A stretch of DNA of 64,000 nucleotides, taken from positions 103,852,001 through 103,916,000 of the forward strand of contig NC_058368.1 of NCBI RefSeq assembly GCF_018350175.1, written 5' to 3'. Source of the stretch: Felis catus. Taxonomy: Eukaryota. Positions 47,731-60,580 of the stretch are shown here, in pieces. Position numbers and translations under genes: made by a program. Under the pieces are notes generated by a model that was given only the letters and a program-made list of their open reading frames with translations, was not told the origin of the DNA and searched no databases. The stretch's first letter is position 1. Each line of letters starts with the position of its first letter.

Positions 47731-49024
47731 AGTGACTCTAAAAGTCTTAGCCTTGGCAAAAGATGTTGATATCCCCAAGCACATGCCTTCCCTAGTCCAG
47801 AGAAAAGTGTCCCATGTGTAAAGGAGAAATCCGTACCCTTTCCTACCTAACGAAAATTAACAGCAGGCTCCAGCTTCTCTGTCAATGGTGGTTTTTAAAA
47901 GGAGACTTTGTTTCACAGAATGTTTGAACTTGTTCCCTTGTAAGTGTGAGCACGTTTAACTCAGAAACATGTTAAAATCTCAAAACAGGTTCCTTAGATT
48001 TGTGGGCCTCCAATGATTTATTTATTTTTTTTTTTTGGTCCTATAATCTATGCTTCCAGGCCTGTCTGCCTTTCCACAATGGGCTAAAGTGCTCTGTGGA
48101 CCCCATCTCCAAAGCACGGAAGTCTTGAGGGATGATCCACAAACCCATCAATGACACTCTCTTTTTTTAAAAAAAAATTGCAAATTCCCTATTTGCATGA
48201 CTTAAAGACTATCCTTTGAGACAATATTAGCTGCGACCAAAACCTCGATGTCAAAGTTACGGGTAATTTGACTCACATTTGATGCTCCCAAGTGGCAAAA
48301 GTAATAAAAACCCAATTTTCATTTATCTGGAATCCCTTCCTTTTCATTGGTTGTATCTGAGTTCGGGGGGATTCACATAGAGCCGAGCCCTTGAGTGCTC
48401 GGCTGGTTCTTCGGTCATGATTCATAAAGGTTCCCTCCAGACTGCACACCCAGCTGCCCCAAGGGCTGAGAGGAGTCACACCTTTTTGTGTGTAGAAGTT
48501 CATCAACATTGTGCCAACGGTTGTTACACCAGACGCCAAGGGGTCTATCCAGATGTGATGAGTTCAACATGCGTTGCTGGTGTAGTGGTGAGCATGGCCG
48601 CCTCCCCAATGTGATGCCTTCAGGGAGTGAATCTCTAGCCTCGATGAAAAAAAAAGAAATCAGTCCACGGATTCTACAACTGGAAACTATCATTTTCTTT
48701 ACCCAAGTACTCTCCCGAGGCCTTTCTGTACCAAAAATGAAAACAAACAAACAAACAAAAAGCTAGTTGCAACTCATCTTTAGTCAACTCTCTCCAAGTT
48801 TCCAATTGTTTTTACATTTTAATGATGCTAAAGTACACACTCTGGAGTATAATTAATTTAGACATAGTACGTACTTGTGTGGCTTTAGGTCATACTGGTG
48901 TATGGGTTATCCCAAGGTTAACGCTACGCTCTTCCAAGGACAATATGGTGCCTCTTTCTCCTGTCAACCCAAGCTGTAGCAGGTGGCTGGTAAACGCAGG
49001 CCATCCCCTCTTTTCCTTGTGATG

Positions 49025-49265
49025 ATGGAGCATACTGTCACGAGTGTGGGCCCTGAACTCTGAGTGCTGGATTTGAATACTGGCCCTACTGCTTCCTAAC
49101 AGGGTAATCTTAACCAAACGACTTGTGTCCGCTACATCTTGGTTCCCCCTTCTGTAGAATAGGGTGATGATAACACCGGGCACAGGGCCTTGTTTAAAGG
49201 ATCAAATGACATGATGTATATCAAGCACACAGAAAAGTGTGTGATGCAAACGCAGGCTATTGGTA
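49025..49265 (-). mobile_element. MIR
   Basis: GGATTTGAATACTGGCCCTACTGCTTCCTAAC..TCTGTAGAATAGGGTGATGATAACAC..AGGATCAAATGACATGATGTAT. Confidence 0.7.
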
Positions 49266-52127
49266 AGATTGCCATGAAATCAGATCATAAATCAGACCAC
49301 CCTGAAGTGAATCGTATTTTTTCTCACACTACGCTGCAAGAGTACTATGTATTTATGTAGTTTGCTTAGGTGTTTGGTGGGGAAGCGGGTCATGTTTGTT
49401 TACCATCAAACGCCCAGCGGCTAAACCAGCAAAATCTGTAGACACACACACACACAAGATTATGAAATGTTAAAGCCTTATAATTGGACTTGAATTCTAT
49501 ACTACATTCAAATTTGAGATGAGTATGCCAACCAAACCTCTAAAATTTCCTATTAAGAAATCTTACCACCAAAATCCACTGTCACTAGATAGCAATACCC
49601 ATACATACCAAGACTGTCTAAATATTAAAAAAAAAAAAAAACAACTATAAGAAGGAAAAATCAAAAAATTGTACATGCTCTTATTTAACAGCACACTTCC
49701 AGAGAACAATCCTCATGTATTTTATAGAAAGTGTACCAGGAAGGTGAGGAGGGTTTACCCTTCCCACAAAGAATTATAATTTGCAAGATATATTCCATTG
49801 ATACTATGGAGACTGACTCTTTCACAAAGGCAAGATACAGTGTTGGGGTTTTATTCTTCTGATTCATCCCACAAAAAAGTCACTGATCGAGTACTCCTTA
49901 GCCAGGTAGCTAGATGCGTGTTGATTTAAAATCCTTCTAAAGATAACCCTCTGCACGGTGAAGAGGCCTTCTTAGCCCTGGGCATTTCATTCATCATCCT
50001 TAGCTTTTGCTGAAAAAACGTCGGCTGCTCACCTCTCTCTAAAGATCAAATCTACTGTGTTCAAGACAAACTGCTTCCTTCTTAAGGCTTTAAAATATAT
50101 ATGTTTACTTCTAAATCCTAATGAAGATGTATCACTTCGAAAGCCACAAAGTAGAGGTCCCAGATACGGCTTTTGAGTGCATCCCAAGAAAGGTTGTTAG
50201 GTTGTAGGCATAAGAGGCTTCCGCTGCCTTGAATCAATCCCTTAAAGTGTCCTCCAAGCTCTCTGCAGTCTGTGCTAACCAGCAGCCTCGGAGGGTCAAA
50301 GAAGGGCCATCCACTGGAAATGACTTGCACCCTGACACAGAACAATGAGACGATTCTTCTTCCCTTAAAGGAGAATAATCCTACGCTCTTTTCATACAAT
50401 ATGCTCAGAGGGGAAGACCAAAATGGCAGCAGAAAATGCTTCTCACAAAACGTGTAATAATAATTTTCTTTACTTGAGCCCTTCGAAAGCAAGTGGTTAA
50501 GAGTATTTTACCAGACTAGGAGATTCTCAGAGAGACATCAAGGTCCAGAAGAGTTCAAAGCTCCACCACTCAGTTGAGAACAAAGACATCACTTTGAAGG
50601 ACAGATGCCAGCTCCCTCTTTTCCCAGAACCTCAAAGTGAGGCACATTCCTGTCAGAGGTCTTTATGGAAAAACAAGGGGAAAAGGAGGGGTGAAGATCC
50701 CGAGCAGTTTTCAAAAGACCACTAGGCAGATCATCAGGAAGACTGTTTCCTGCCTCTAATGGCTACTTTTCATTTTCTCCAACACAAGAACTGATGCTGG
50801 TGCCCAGCTACTAGATAACCACAGTAGCAAAATTTCTCTTGTTAAGGAAACCAGCCGAAAATGTAATGTGGAAAAGCAAAATATCCTCCCCACACACATC
50901 TTTATTCTCAAGATACTTCGGGCCACAATAATCTCTCCTGACTCTGGAAAGTAGATTCAGTCAGGGCCAGTGGTTTTCAAACCTGGCTCCGTGGATGCCC
51001 TTTTCGGGGAATACTTGGGAGAGTTTAAGAAGAGCCAGGTGAACTCTGCCTTCCTACCTCGACTTCAACCAGAAAAGCTCTAAACCTGCTTAAAGGGTCC
51101 ATGACTTTTAAATTTTTGTTTAACAATCTAGGGGAACCCTATACCTTTAAAAATGAAGGAATCGAAGAGAAGTTAAATAACTAGAGAGAAGTGTTGGCAA
51201 GAGAATGAGTGGTGGAGATGAATATGTAAATGAAGAAACCAATGTCTGAGGTCTAAACAAGAGAAGGAGGTGAAGTTATCTGATCATAGGACCCAGAAGG
51301 ATGAGCGCTTTCACGAGATGGTTCCCCATAAGCACGAATTACAAATCCAAAGTAGGTTTTGTTGACTGACCTAATATTCCTTCCTGGGAACCTCATTTTC
51401 TCATAACAGTGAAATAAAAAAATGGCAGCATGACTATTGGCCTCTTTCATCCCAAATGCATTTATCCTGCTGCAAATTACTTCAGTGATTCTATTCCTTT
51501 TCTTGTCTCTCCATTCTGCATCCCTCCTTCCCACAGCTACCTCTTCAAACGCCAACCCTTCCGTGAGGCTCCATTTTGAATCAGTCAAACCAATTTGGCC
51601 CCATACAACTGTGTGTAAGTTATCTTATCCAAAAGCATCAATTCCATCTTGTACCTGTGGGCAATTTTGTTTTCTGGAAGGCTCTGAAAAGAATACTTAA
51701 AACAATACAAAAGGTAATATAAGACCATTAGCCCCCTTCATATAGTGGTAACAGTGGAACCACATGGCATGGAGGACCTACCGCTGGAAGGGTCCGTAAA
51801 CAGGCCATTCAAATCACCACCCCCTTCACAGAACAACATCCTTAGGCTCTGACAACAAGAAACAATTCGGAAAGCAACCAGAGATGAACTTTAACACAAA
51901 CTTTAAATAAAACTGTTCACCTGCCTTCTCTTGTCAGTTCAATAATCCCATTTCCACATTCTGTTCTTGTATTTTTTATATTCTATTTCTAATCATTTTC
52001 TTTTGACCCTTTATATGCTGGATCTGCAAATGCCCCCTCTCATCCTGAAATGCCAGACTACCCACTAGGTTTCAATAGGGTCTGAATATGAAAAAGAACA
52101 GTTTTCTAAGCTCCTCCGCATTGTATT

Positions 52128-52352
52128 CTTTTATGTTTTAAGTTTATTTATTTATTTTGAGAGAGAGAAAGCAAGCACATGGGTATGCAAGCAAGGGGGG
52201 GGCAAAGAGAGAGAGGAGAGAGAGAATGCCAAGCAGGCTCCACAGTGTCACTGCAGAGCCTGGCACAGGGGCTCGATCTCACGAACCATGAGATCACGAC
52301 CTGAGCTGAAATCAAGAGTTGGATGCTTAATCAACTGAGCCATCCGGGCAAG
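52128..52352 (-). mobile_element. Can-SINE
   Basis: Reverse-oriented element. Confidence 0.88.
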
Positions 52353-52799
52353 CCAACCATACTATCTTCTTAATTGGGCATCTGAGTTATCCAAAGCCTA
52401 CTGGCAAGTAAATACTTTTATTAACATCTTTGTATAGTATATTCTCTTTTTTTCTCTGCAGAGGTATGGATGGATCAAGAAGGGGAGACTGAGAGAGAGA
52501 GGGGGAGAGAGAGAGAGAAGGAAGGAGAGACAGATTGATTCAGAAACTCATTGCTCACGTTTTTGTAAGCTTTTCTGTTCAGCACTATTTTCTGGACATC
52601 TTTCAATATCTTTAAAATTGATCACCATTATTGTTTGCATGATCTGACAGTATTCCACCAACTGCACACCATAACTCGTTTAAATCCAAGATGAAGCCTG
52701 CTTCCAAGAAATTGCTTCTTTAGTCTGGCCCAAAGTGTTGATTATTCCAAGAGTTCCTAGCTGGGGTCCTTGTCTGCTTTCCCCTCGACAATGCATTAT

Positions 52800-53310
52800 C
52801 TACCCACTGTTGATCTTACCCTCCTAAAACACACGGACGATCACGCTACTGCCTTTGTTACCACCCTTCTACTGCTCTTCCAGTAAAATCCAAACTCCTG
52901 CTCAGGGCATCCAAGACTCTTCCAGAACCTAGCCTGGATTTCCTGCTCCATTCCTAATACCTCCGATTTCCTCCAGCCCCTCACATAACAGATTTCTCAC
53001 CATTGTCTGCTCACTCCACGGAAACTCAAGCCTCTGTGCATTCCTGTAATGTCCTTCCCCACCTTGTCTCCGTGAAAAATTTCCACTCCTCTTTTAAGAT
53101 CTTCCTCCAAAGCCTTCTGCGCCACCAACAGAGTTAGCTGATTTCTTTTCTCTGTGTCTGAAGCCACCTCTTTATTTCCATGCAAGGGCACTTATCATAC
53201 TGTGTTATAATTTTTTACATACACATTTATCTCTCCTACAGTTCTGGCTTCATCCATAATGTTTTGTACCATAACTGTCACTCAGGAAATGTGTGTTGAG
53301 GTGAATTCAA
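52800..53310 (+). mobile_element. L2 3' region
   Basis: AGTAAAATCCAAACTCCT..GTAATGTCCTTCCCC..GGCACTTATCATACTGTGTTATAA..CACTCAGGAAATGTGTGTTGAGGTGAAT. Confidence 0.65.
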
Positions 53311-53357
53311 TCCCTCAACAAACAATCCCTCCCTCTCTCTGCCCCTCCCCTGCTCAT

Positions 53358-53405
<48 letters not shown>

Positions 53406-53901
53406 GCTTACAACTACATGGGGTAAAACATTCAGTGAAGCTGAAATTCTGAGTCCCAAGGATGAAATGCATTTCCACCCACCAAGGTTGTATCCCCGGT
53501 ACATGAGCAGCAATTGAAATGGCTAATCTATTTTTTCTCCACTAACTTCCAGCTTCTATGCAAGGGACAGAGTCTTAAGAATGCTATCATTGGTAATATT
53601 TGAGCTGTTTCTACTGTAAGGAAGGAAGGATGAATTCAGGCATTATGTCCAACATGCTATAACAATAAAAAAAAAAAACCTCCTGGAAGAAGCACCCACT
53701 ATGAGATAGCAGTCAGTACTGTTACAGGAAATAACAGAAGTCGGCCAACAACATATAAGTAACATTTAAATGTGATTATGGGCAAATGTGAAATATTTCA
53801 TTAACTTTACCAGTCTTTATGACTTCCTGTTTCTTTCCCTTTCCAGAAAATAATACACAACTTCCTGCTGAACAGAATCAACCAAGAAATACCAAATGAT
53901 A

Positions 53902-54067
53902 GGGGTGCCTGGGTGGCTCAGTCAGGTGAATGTTTGACTCCTGGTTTCAGCTCAGGTCATGATCTCACAGTTCGTGAGTTCGAGCCCCATGTCGGGCTCT
54001 GTGCTAATGATGAGGAGCCTGGTTGGGATTCTCTCTCTCTCCCTCTCTCTGCCCCTCCCCTGCTCAT

Positions 54068-54127
<60 letters not shown>

Positions 54128-54160
54128 AAAATAAATAAACTTTTAAAAAATAAAAAAAAA
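53902..54160 (+). mobile_element. Can-SINE
   Basis: Full element with long (CT)n. Confidence 0.9.
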
Positions 54161-54639
54161 GAAATATCAAATTATAGATGACCTGGTCTTACATGGTATT
54201 AGGGAAGAAAATAAAAGAAAGAAAAAAAAATAGAGAAGTTGTCTAGATATATTGGTTTCAATGATATTAATGTTTAGTTTCCAGCTTCCTCTTAGGGTTT
54301 CTAGCCTTAGTGGAGCGTGACTATTGTCCTTTCAATAAAATACAGTCCTGCAGCACTGCCATAGTGATCACCTAGAGTTTGGCTTTGCTTTGTATTGTTC
54401 TTGTGTTGTTTTTAATTGCCACTGATTTATAGGATGCCTGACCTCCTCCGTGTGGTTTATGTGGACACTGAAACCCAATAAAATCAAAATCAACACTGCA
54501 ATAAAGCGGGTCTCAAAAAATATATAATGTTGCCAACTTAACGATTCTTTCTTTAAAAACCACCAGACGCACCCAAGCGCAGATTTCCCTGAAGCCAAAG
54601 GAAAAAGCCATCCTTCCTCGACTGCTCCACTTTTTCAAG

Positions 54640-54955
54640 CAGTGTAACAAATGAAAAAATGCACAGATCCTAAGTGCACAGCGCGATAAAAGTTCGCAAA
54701 GCAAGCCTGCCAAGGTACCCGGTACCTAAATCCAGGCAGCGCCCCAACATTTCCACTTGCTTGCACCGTCCAGCCTATCTACCTAAGTAACCCATATCCT
54801 GGTCGAACTGTACATTAACTTTGCCTGTTTTGGAATTTTACGTAAGTGACTTATACAGCATGTACTCTTGTGTCTGGTTTCTGTTGCGCCAAATTCTATT
54901 GTTGAGATGTATCTTCGTTTTCACCTGTGCCAGCAGCTTGGTTCACTGTCGTTGA
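54640..54955 (-). mobile_element. Old L1M 3'UTR remnant
   Basis: AAAATGCACAGATCCTAAGTGCACAG..TTTGCCTGTTTTGGAATTTTA..ATACAGCATGTACTCTTGTGTCTGGTTTCT. Confidence 0.7.
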
Positions 54956-55542
54956 GAGACAGAATCCCTCTTCCTCGGTTTCAGGAGCATCTAAACAAAC
55001 AAGCCGGCCTTCCTGGGAAAACCCGTTGAGACACGCGGAGCCCAGCGTCAGAACATAAACACGGTAGTCAGAAGAGGAAACAGTGAATACGATGACCTTG
55101 TGAAACAGCTCAAAGTCAACTTTTCAGAAGCAGCTGTTTGAGGTGAGAAACGGAAGGGCAAAAAGTCGGGTGAGAGAAGCCAGAAAAAAAAAAAAAAAAA
55201 AAAAAAAAAAAGGTCTTGGAAAGAAATGCCCAGAACTGAATCACAGATCTTGGTTCAAAAGAAAAGAAAATTGGTCCTTCTGAAAAGATTTTGATGTAGG
55301 CTGCCTTTGCACTCATCTCTTTAGCAAAATCGTGCTTTTTTTTTTTTTTTTTTTTTTCCTGCCTCTGCAGTTTTGCAGTTGTCCTTAGGGCCACAGCTCT
55401 GTTAAGGGAGAAGATTTTCCCACAACTTTTCTCCCACTGTATGGTATGTGACCAAATGATTCCTCACAGAAAAAAAGCCATTTCCATTCTGTTTCTGACT
55501 CTTTTACTTTTCTCCAGTTCCTTTTCTTTTTAAGTAATCTCA

Positions 55543-55710
55543 GGGTACTTGGAAGGCTCAGTACGTTAAGCTTTTGACTTCAGCTCAGGTCATGATCTCG
55601 CGGTTCGTGGGTTTGAGTCCGGCTTCTGGCTCCGCGCTAACGGCTGGGAGCCTGGAACCTGCTTCAGATTCTGTCTCCAGCTCTCCCTCCTCCTCCTCCT
55701 CCTCCTCCTC

Positions 55711-55776
<66 letters not shown>

Positions 55777-56131
55777 GATGTAAATAAACATTACAATTAA
55801 AAAAAAAAAAGCTTTAAATAATCTCTACACCCAGTGTGGGGCTCAAACCTACAACCCAGAGATCAAGAGTCACATACTTTACCGACTGAGCCAGCCAGGC
55901 ACCCCCTATTTCTGCTTGTTTTATTTTATTTTTTTAAGTTTATTTACTTGGAGAGAGAAAGTGAGAGCACGAGTGGGGTCAAGGCAGAGAGAAAGGGAGA
56001 GAGAATCCCAAGCAGGTTTCACACTATCCACATGGAGCCCAATGCAGGATTTGAGCTCATGAACTTTGAGATCATACCCTGAGCAAAATCAAGAGCCAGA
56101 TGCTTAACCAAATGAGCCACCCAGGCATCCC
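55543..56131. mobile_element. Three Can-SINEs (+ ~55543-55810; - short ~55813-55906; - ~55918-56131)
   Basis: Heads and tails read directly; third is flanked by CTATTTCTGCTT. Confidence 0.88.
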
Positions 56132-56484
56132 TATTTCTGCTTCCTTTAAACAGGTTATCAAAAGCTTTCTTTGTGTTTGATATTCCCATTACAGTGAGCA
56201 ATCCTGTCACAAAAGTTTATAAAATTAATAAACTATTCTTACCAGGTAATTCTGAAATTTAAGATACTGAAATTTTTTTCTAGTGTTTCATGAAATTGCA
56301 TGCATTTAAAACATAAATTATTTTTATTCCATTATGAAGGTGTTTATTAGGGCAATTATGAAAATAATCTCATAAATATCAGTGCCATACTGTGAAAATA
56401 AAAATACCTTTTTCTTTTCCCTTACGAAAAAACTCAAATTCACACACACAAAAAAATTTCACTAGTTTAAACTAGAACTCACTT

Positions 56485-57168
56485 GGGGCACTTGGGTGGC
56501 TCGGTCAGCTGGGCAGCTGACTTCGGCTCAGGTCATGGTCTCACAGTTCGTGAGTTCAAGCCCTGCATCGGGCTCTGTGCTGACAGCTTGGAGCCTAGAG
56601 CCTGCTTTGGATTCTGTGTCTCCCTCTCTCTCTCTCCGCACCTCCCCCGTTCACTCTCTGTCTCTCTCTCTCTCTCTCTCTTAAAAATAAATTAAATTTA
56701 AAAATAATAATAATAAATAAAAATAAAATAGAACTCATTTGAAATATAATTACTATAGTTTTGAAAAGATATTGACTAAGTGAGTCCAGTGAATCTGGAA
56801 AAAAAATTTTTTTTTAATCCAAGCTTTTCCCTACACCCTTCCACTTAGGGAAGGTTAATTCAACTTGTCACAGATATAAAATATTTCTCAGGATATTTAC
56901 CACATAAGAGAGAGAGGAGGTGTGACTGGTCAGCACATAAGTAGCCGAATTCTGGTTTGGTTTTTTTGTGTTTTATTTAATGTTTATTTATTTGTGGAGA
57001 GAGCATGAGTGGGGGGGGGGGGGAATGCAGACAGAAGGGGAGAGAGGATCCAAAGCTGACTCAGAGGTGAAAGCATAGAGCCCGACGCGAGGCTCGAGCT
57101 CGTGAACCGTGAGATCATGACCTGAGCCAAAGTGGGACGCTCAACCCACTGAGCCACCCAGGCACCCC
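56485..57168. mobile_element. Two Can-SINEs (+ ~56485-56730; - ~56962-57168)
   Basis: Full elements in opposite orientation. Confidence 0.88.
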
Positions 57169-57522
57169 GAATTCCAGTTTTAAAACCAGTTCCAGGTATA
57201 TAAGAGGACATGGTTCATTTCGTTGGCTACTAAGATAGGCTGCAGTAGTAAATTAAAAGGGGTCTTAAATTCCTTGAGCTCTTTCCGTCAAGAGATGGAG
57301 TCCACTTCCCCACAGCTGAGTCACCTTGTGATTGCTCTGACCAAGAGAATGAGACAGATGTGCCGAACGTGACTCTGAGCTCAGGCTTCAAGAACCTCGT
57401 GACTTTGCTGCCCCACCACCCCGCCTCGTGCCCCAGACCTGTTGCCTCCAGAGGAAAAAGCGTGTGACTGCGGAGGACAGTGCGCAGGGCAAAGACAAGC
57501 TGCCTGTGTTGCGGTCCCTGAC

Positions 57523-58180
57523 AGTGACAGGTGGTTTTTTTGTGTCAACCTGACGAGCCTCACAGCTGCCCAGATAGCTGGTAAAACATGTCTTGGTGAG
57601 TCTGTGCGAGTGTTTCTGGATGAGATTAGCATCTGATGCAGTAGATTGAGTGAAGAGACCTGAGGTCACCAATGTGGGCAGGCAGCATCCAATCTGTTGG
57701 AACAAAAAGGGGAAGAGTAGACGAACGTCTCTTTCTTCTTGAGCTGGGATGTCCATTTTCTCCTGCCTTCAGACATGGGAGCTCCTGGTTCTCAGCCTTC
57801 AGGCGTGGCCTGAATTATGCCACCAGCTCTGCGGCTTGCAGACAGCCTTCACAACTGCCTGAGCCAATCCCCACAACAAATCTCCTCATGTATATTGAGA
57901 TACAGTGAAACCTTGGTTTGGGAGCCTAATTCATTGCGGACACGTGCTTGTAATCCAAAGCACTTGTCTATCAAAGCGAATTTCAAGGACCATTGGCTCA
58001 GGTGTGATCATGTGACATTCAGCATCACATCCTACTCGTATCGCCAGACATCGCTCATTTTATCTAGTTAAAATATATTGGAAATGTTTGCTTATCTTGC
58101 GGAACACTCGCCGGAACAAGTTCCTCGCAATCCATAGTTTCCCTGTCTATCTGTTGCTCTGGAGAACCCTGACTACTACA
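57523..58180 (+). mobile_element. MLT2 (ERVL) solo LTR
   Basis: Starts AGTGACAGGTGGTTTTTTTGTGTCAACCTGAC, ends CTCTGGAGAACCCTGACTACTACA; 5 bp TSD CTGAC at 57518-57522 and 58181-58185. Confidence 0.85.
57903..58145. mobile_element. TcMar/Tigger-type MITE nested in MLT2
   Basis: Preceded by TA; TIRs CAGTGAAACCTTGGTTTG / CAATCCATAGTTTCCCTG. Confidence 0.8.
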
Positions 58181-59034
58181 CTGACCAGCAAGCTTGCAAA
58201 GAGAACAACCAGCTGCATAGCCCCAGGTAGGAGCAGCAAAAAGAAATGCCTAGGAGAGCCCAGCCCGACTTCATGAACAACAACAAAACAACAGGCCATT
58301 TCAGCCACTAAATTTGAGGGAGGTCTGCAACAGAGCAACACAAAACAAAGACAGGGACCCTGAGCCCAGTTCATGGGCTTTCATAAGCCCAATTCAATTC
58401 AGGAAGGAAAACAGACCAGTACACTTGGGGGCAGAGAGCGAGAGGGAGAGCGAGAGGGAGAGGGGGTTACTATCGCGTCTCCTACTTCAAATTTCTACTG
58501 CATTTTTCTGCCTAATTTAGTCCCAATTTATTTCAAATCAGAGCAACTATAATCAATGCCTAGTATCTGTCTCTGACCCCATTTACTTCCCAAACCAATC
58601 CCATCTCCATGGTACCACCAAAATATCTAGGATCCTAATTAAAATTCTCCCTGCCACTACTCTTCCCTTCAAACACACTTCTGCCCATGGGGTAAAGTCC
58701 CGAGCCTACCATTCACACATAACCCTTCATGAGGCCCTTCCCCAAGCAGAAGAGGCAGGAGTATTGACCCATTGGCTCCCATCCCCCATGATCAAGGATT
58801 GCTCCCAGATGTGCTAACCTCCCCCGTGCTTCCAAGCTGGGCATATGTCATAACCTAGAAAGTTCCTTATGGCATGTGCAGCACCAAAGGAAATCCTGGG
58901 GCGTTAGGTGAGGACTTGAAGGGGGACCTTATCACCTTAAAATGAGTGGAAGCCTGAATGGAACTGTCCACTACATTCACAGCTGAAAGCTGAGCACAGT
59001 CAAGCACATGTGAGTCAATGTACCAGATTTTTAA

Positions 59035-59516
59035 ACTTTTTTAAATGTTTATTTATTTTTTGAGAGAGAGAGAGCATGAGCAGGAGTGGGGCAGAGGTGG
59101 GGGGGGGGGGAGAGAATCCCAAGCAGGGTCCACTCTGACAGGCAGAGCCCAACAGGCGGCTTGATCTCAAGCACTGTGGATCATGACCTGATCTAAAATC
59201 AAGAGTCGGGTGACGTAACCAACTGAGCTCTGTAGATGCCCTGAGTACTTGTTATTATGAGTCTGACGTCATATTTGAAGATTCATTTCCTTGGGAATCC
59301 CTCAGGAAGCCTTAAATAAAAGGTCTTCTGAGAGGGGCACCCAAGTGGCTCCGCTGTGTTGGACTCTTAATTTCAGCCAGGTCACAAGCTCACGGTTGTG
59401 AGATTGAGCCCCACGTGGGATCGAGCCCCCTGTCGGGTTCCACACTGAGTGTGGTGCTTGTTTGAGGTTCTTTCTCCCTCTCCTTCTGCCCCTCTCCCCA
59501 ACCTGTGCTCTCTCTA

Positions 59517-59560
<44 letters not shown>

Positions 59561-59570
59561 TAATAATAAT
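59035..59570. mobile_element. Two diverged Can-SINEs (- ~59035-59242; + ~59334-59570 with (AAT)n tail)
   Basis: Heads and tails recognisable. Confidence 0.82.
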
Positions 59571-60032
59571 CAATCCAGTTACTTACTTAATTTTTTTTAA
59601 TTCTCCTTTTAAAAGTTCACCTGGGAAATGCCTGGAGCCCCTGAGGTGGTTTTGCAAAGCCTGGACCTCCATGAATTACTGGAACTTCTCCTTTCAGACA
59701 CTATTACCTCAATTAAACCTATCTGTGGCCAGGATGGTCTTTCTGGAACAAATTTACGGCAAGACAACCAGAAACATCGCTAGAGCCACTTGATGTATGA
59801 TTATTTTTTTAAAAAGCTAACTAAAAATTCTACAGTATCACCTGGTAAACCCGTTTTCCAGACTCTGTTTCCCAAGCCCCACATAAGAACTATAGGATTC
59901 TGAAATCTATAGCAATGGGTGGGAGGGGGGGGTGGGAATTGCACAAGCTCACTGTATGATTCTAAGACATACCTGAAAGTTTGAGACAAACAGTTAAGAA
60001 AAATGGCGGGTCTCTAAAACAGGCTTCATTCA

Positions 60033-60047
60033 CCACTAGGTGGCGCC
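60033..60047 (+). promoter_or_regulatory. CTCF motif
   Basis: CCACTAGGTGGCGCC matches core CCASYAGRKGGCRS exactly. Confidence 0.6.
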
Positions 60048-60580
60048 AGAATTTCAAAGATGAAACTATCTACTGTATACCTTTCCCTTCGAGAATACAG
60101 GATATTTCCCATTTTTCTCTCTCCTCCACATCTCTCCAACTTTTAGAAAAGGGCTATACCACGCCAAAATAAATATTCCACTAATTATCAATGTGGCACT
60201 TCTTCGAATTTATTTTGGTTATAACAGTCTCCTTCTGCAGGGACCTTAGAGGGGGCTATTTCAGTGCCACCCCACACCTTCCCTTAGCATCCCTCCTTTC
60301 TGAGTGCAATGTTTGGAAGAAGTTAATCCACTGGCCTCCATAGCAAGGAGTGATTGGACAAAAAAAGAATTACATGACAAGTTCCCAAAAGCCATGTTTA
60401 ACCATTTGTAGTTTCGATCCCTGCCCTCTCCTGGAAACCATGACTTAAAAAATACACCAGAATCACCAGTTTATCCTTTCCAAACCTCCACTGCCTCAGT
60501 GCAGAAGTATCTGATGACTTCTTCACAGTGTTGTCCTTTCTTCTATCTCATAGTTTTTACACATTAAAAAATCCCATGCA

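Larger units (their letters stand above)
57241..58335 (+). mobile_element. MLT1 LTR (outer element), split by an MLT2 LTR
   Basis: CAAGAGATGGAGTCCACTTCCCC..TTGTGATTGCTCTGACCAAGAGAATG at left; ..TTTCAGCCACTAAATTTGAGGG..CTGCAACAGAGCAA at right. Confidence 0.65.

Noticed and set aside
48381..48404. Hairpin AGCCGAGC-N8-GCTCGGCT
   Set aside because: An 8 bp stem is expected several times by chance in 64 kb and does not extend into a miRNA-like structure.
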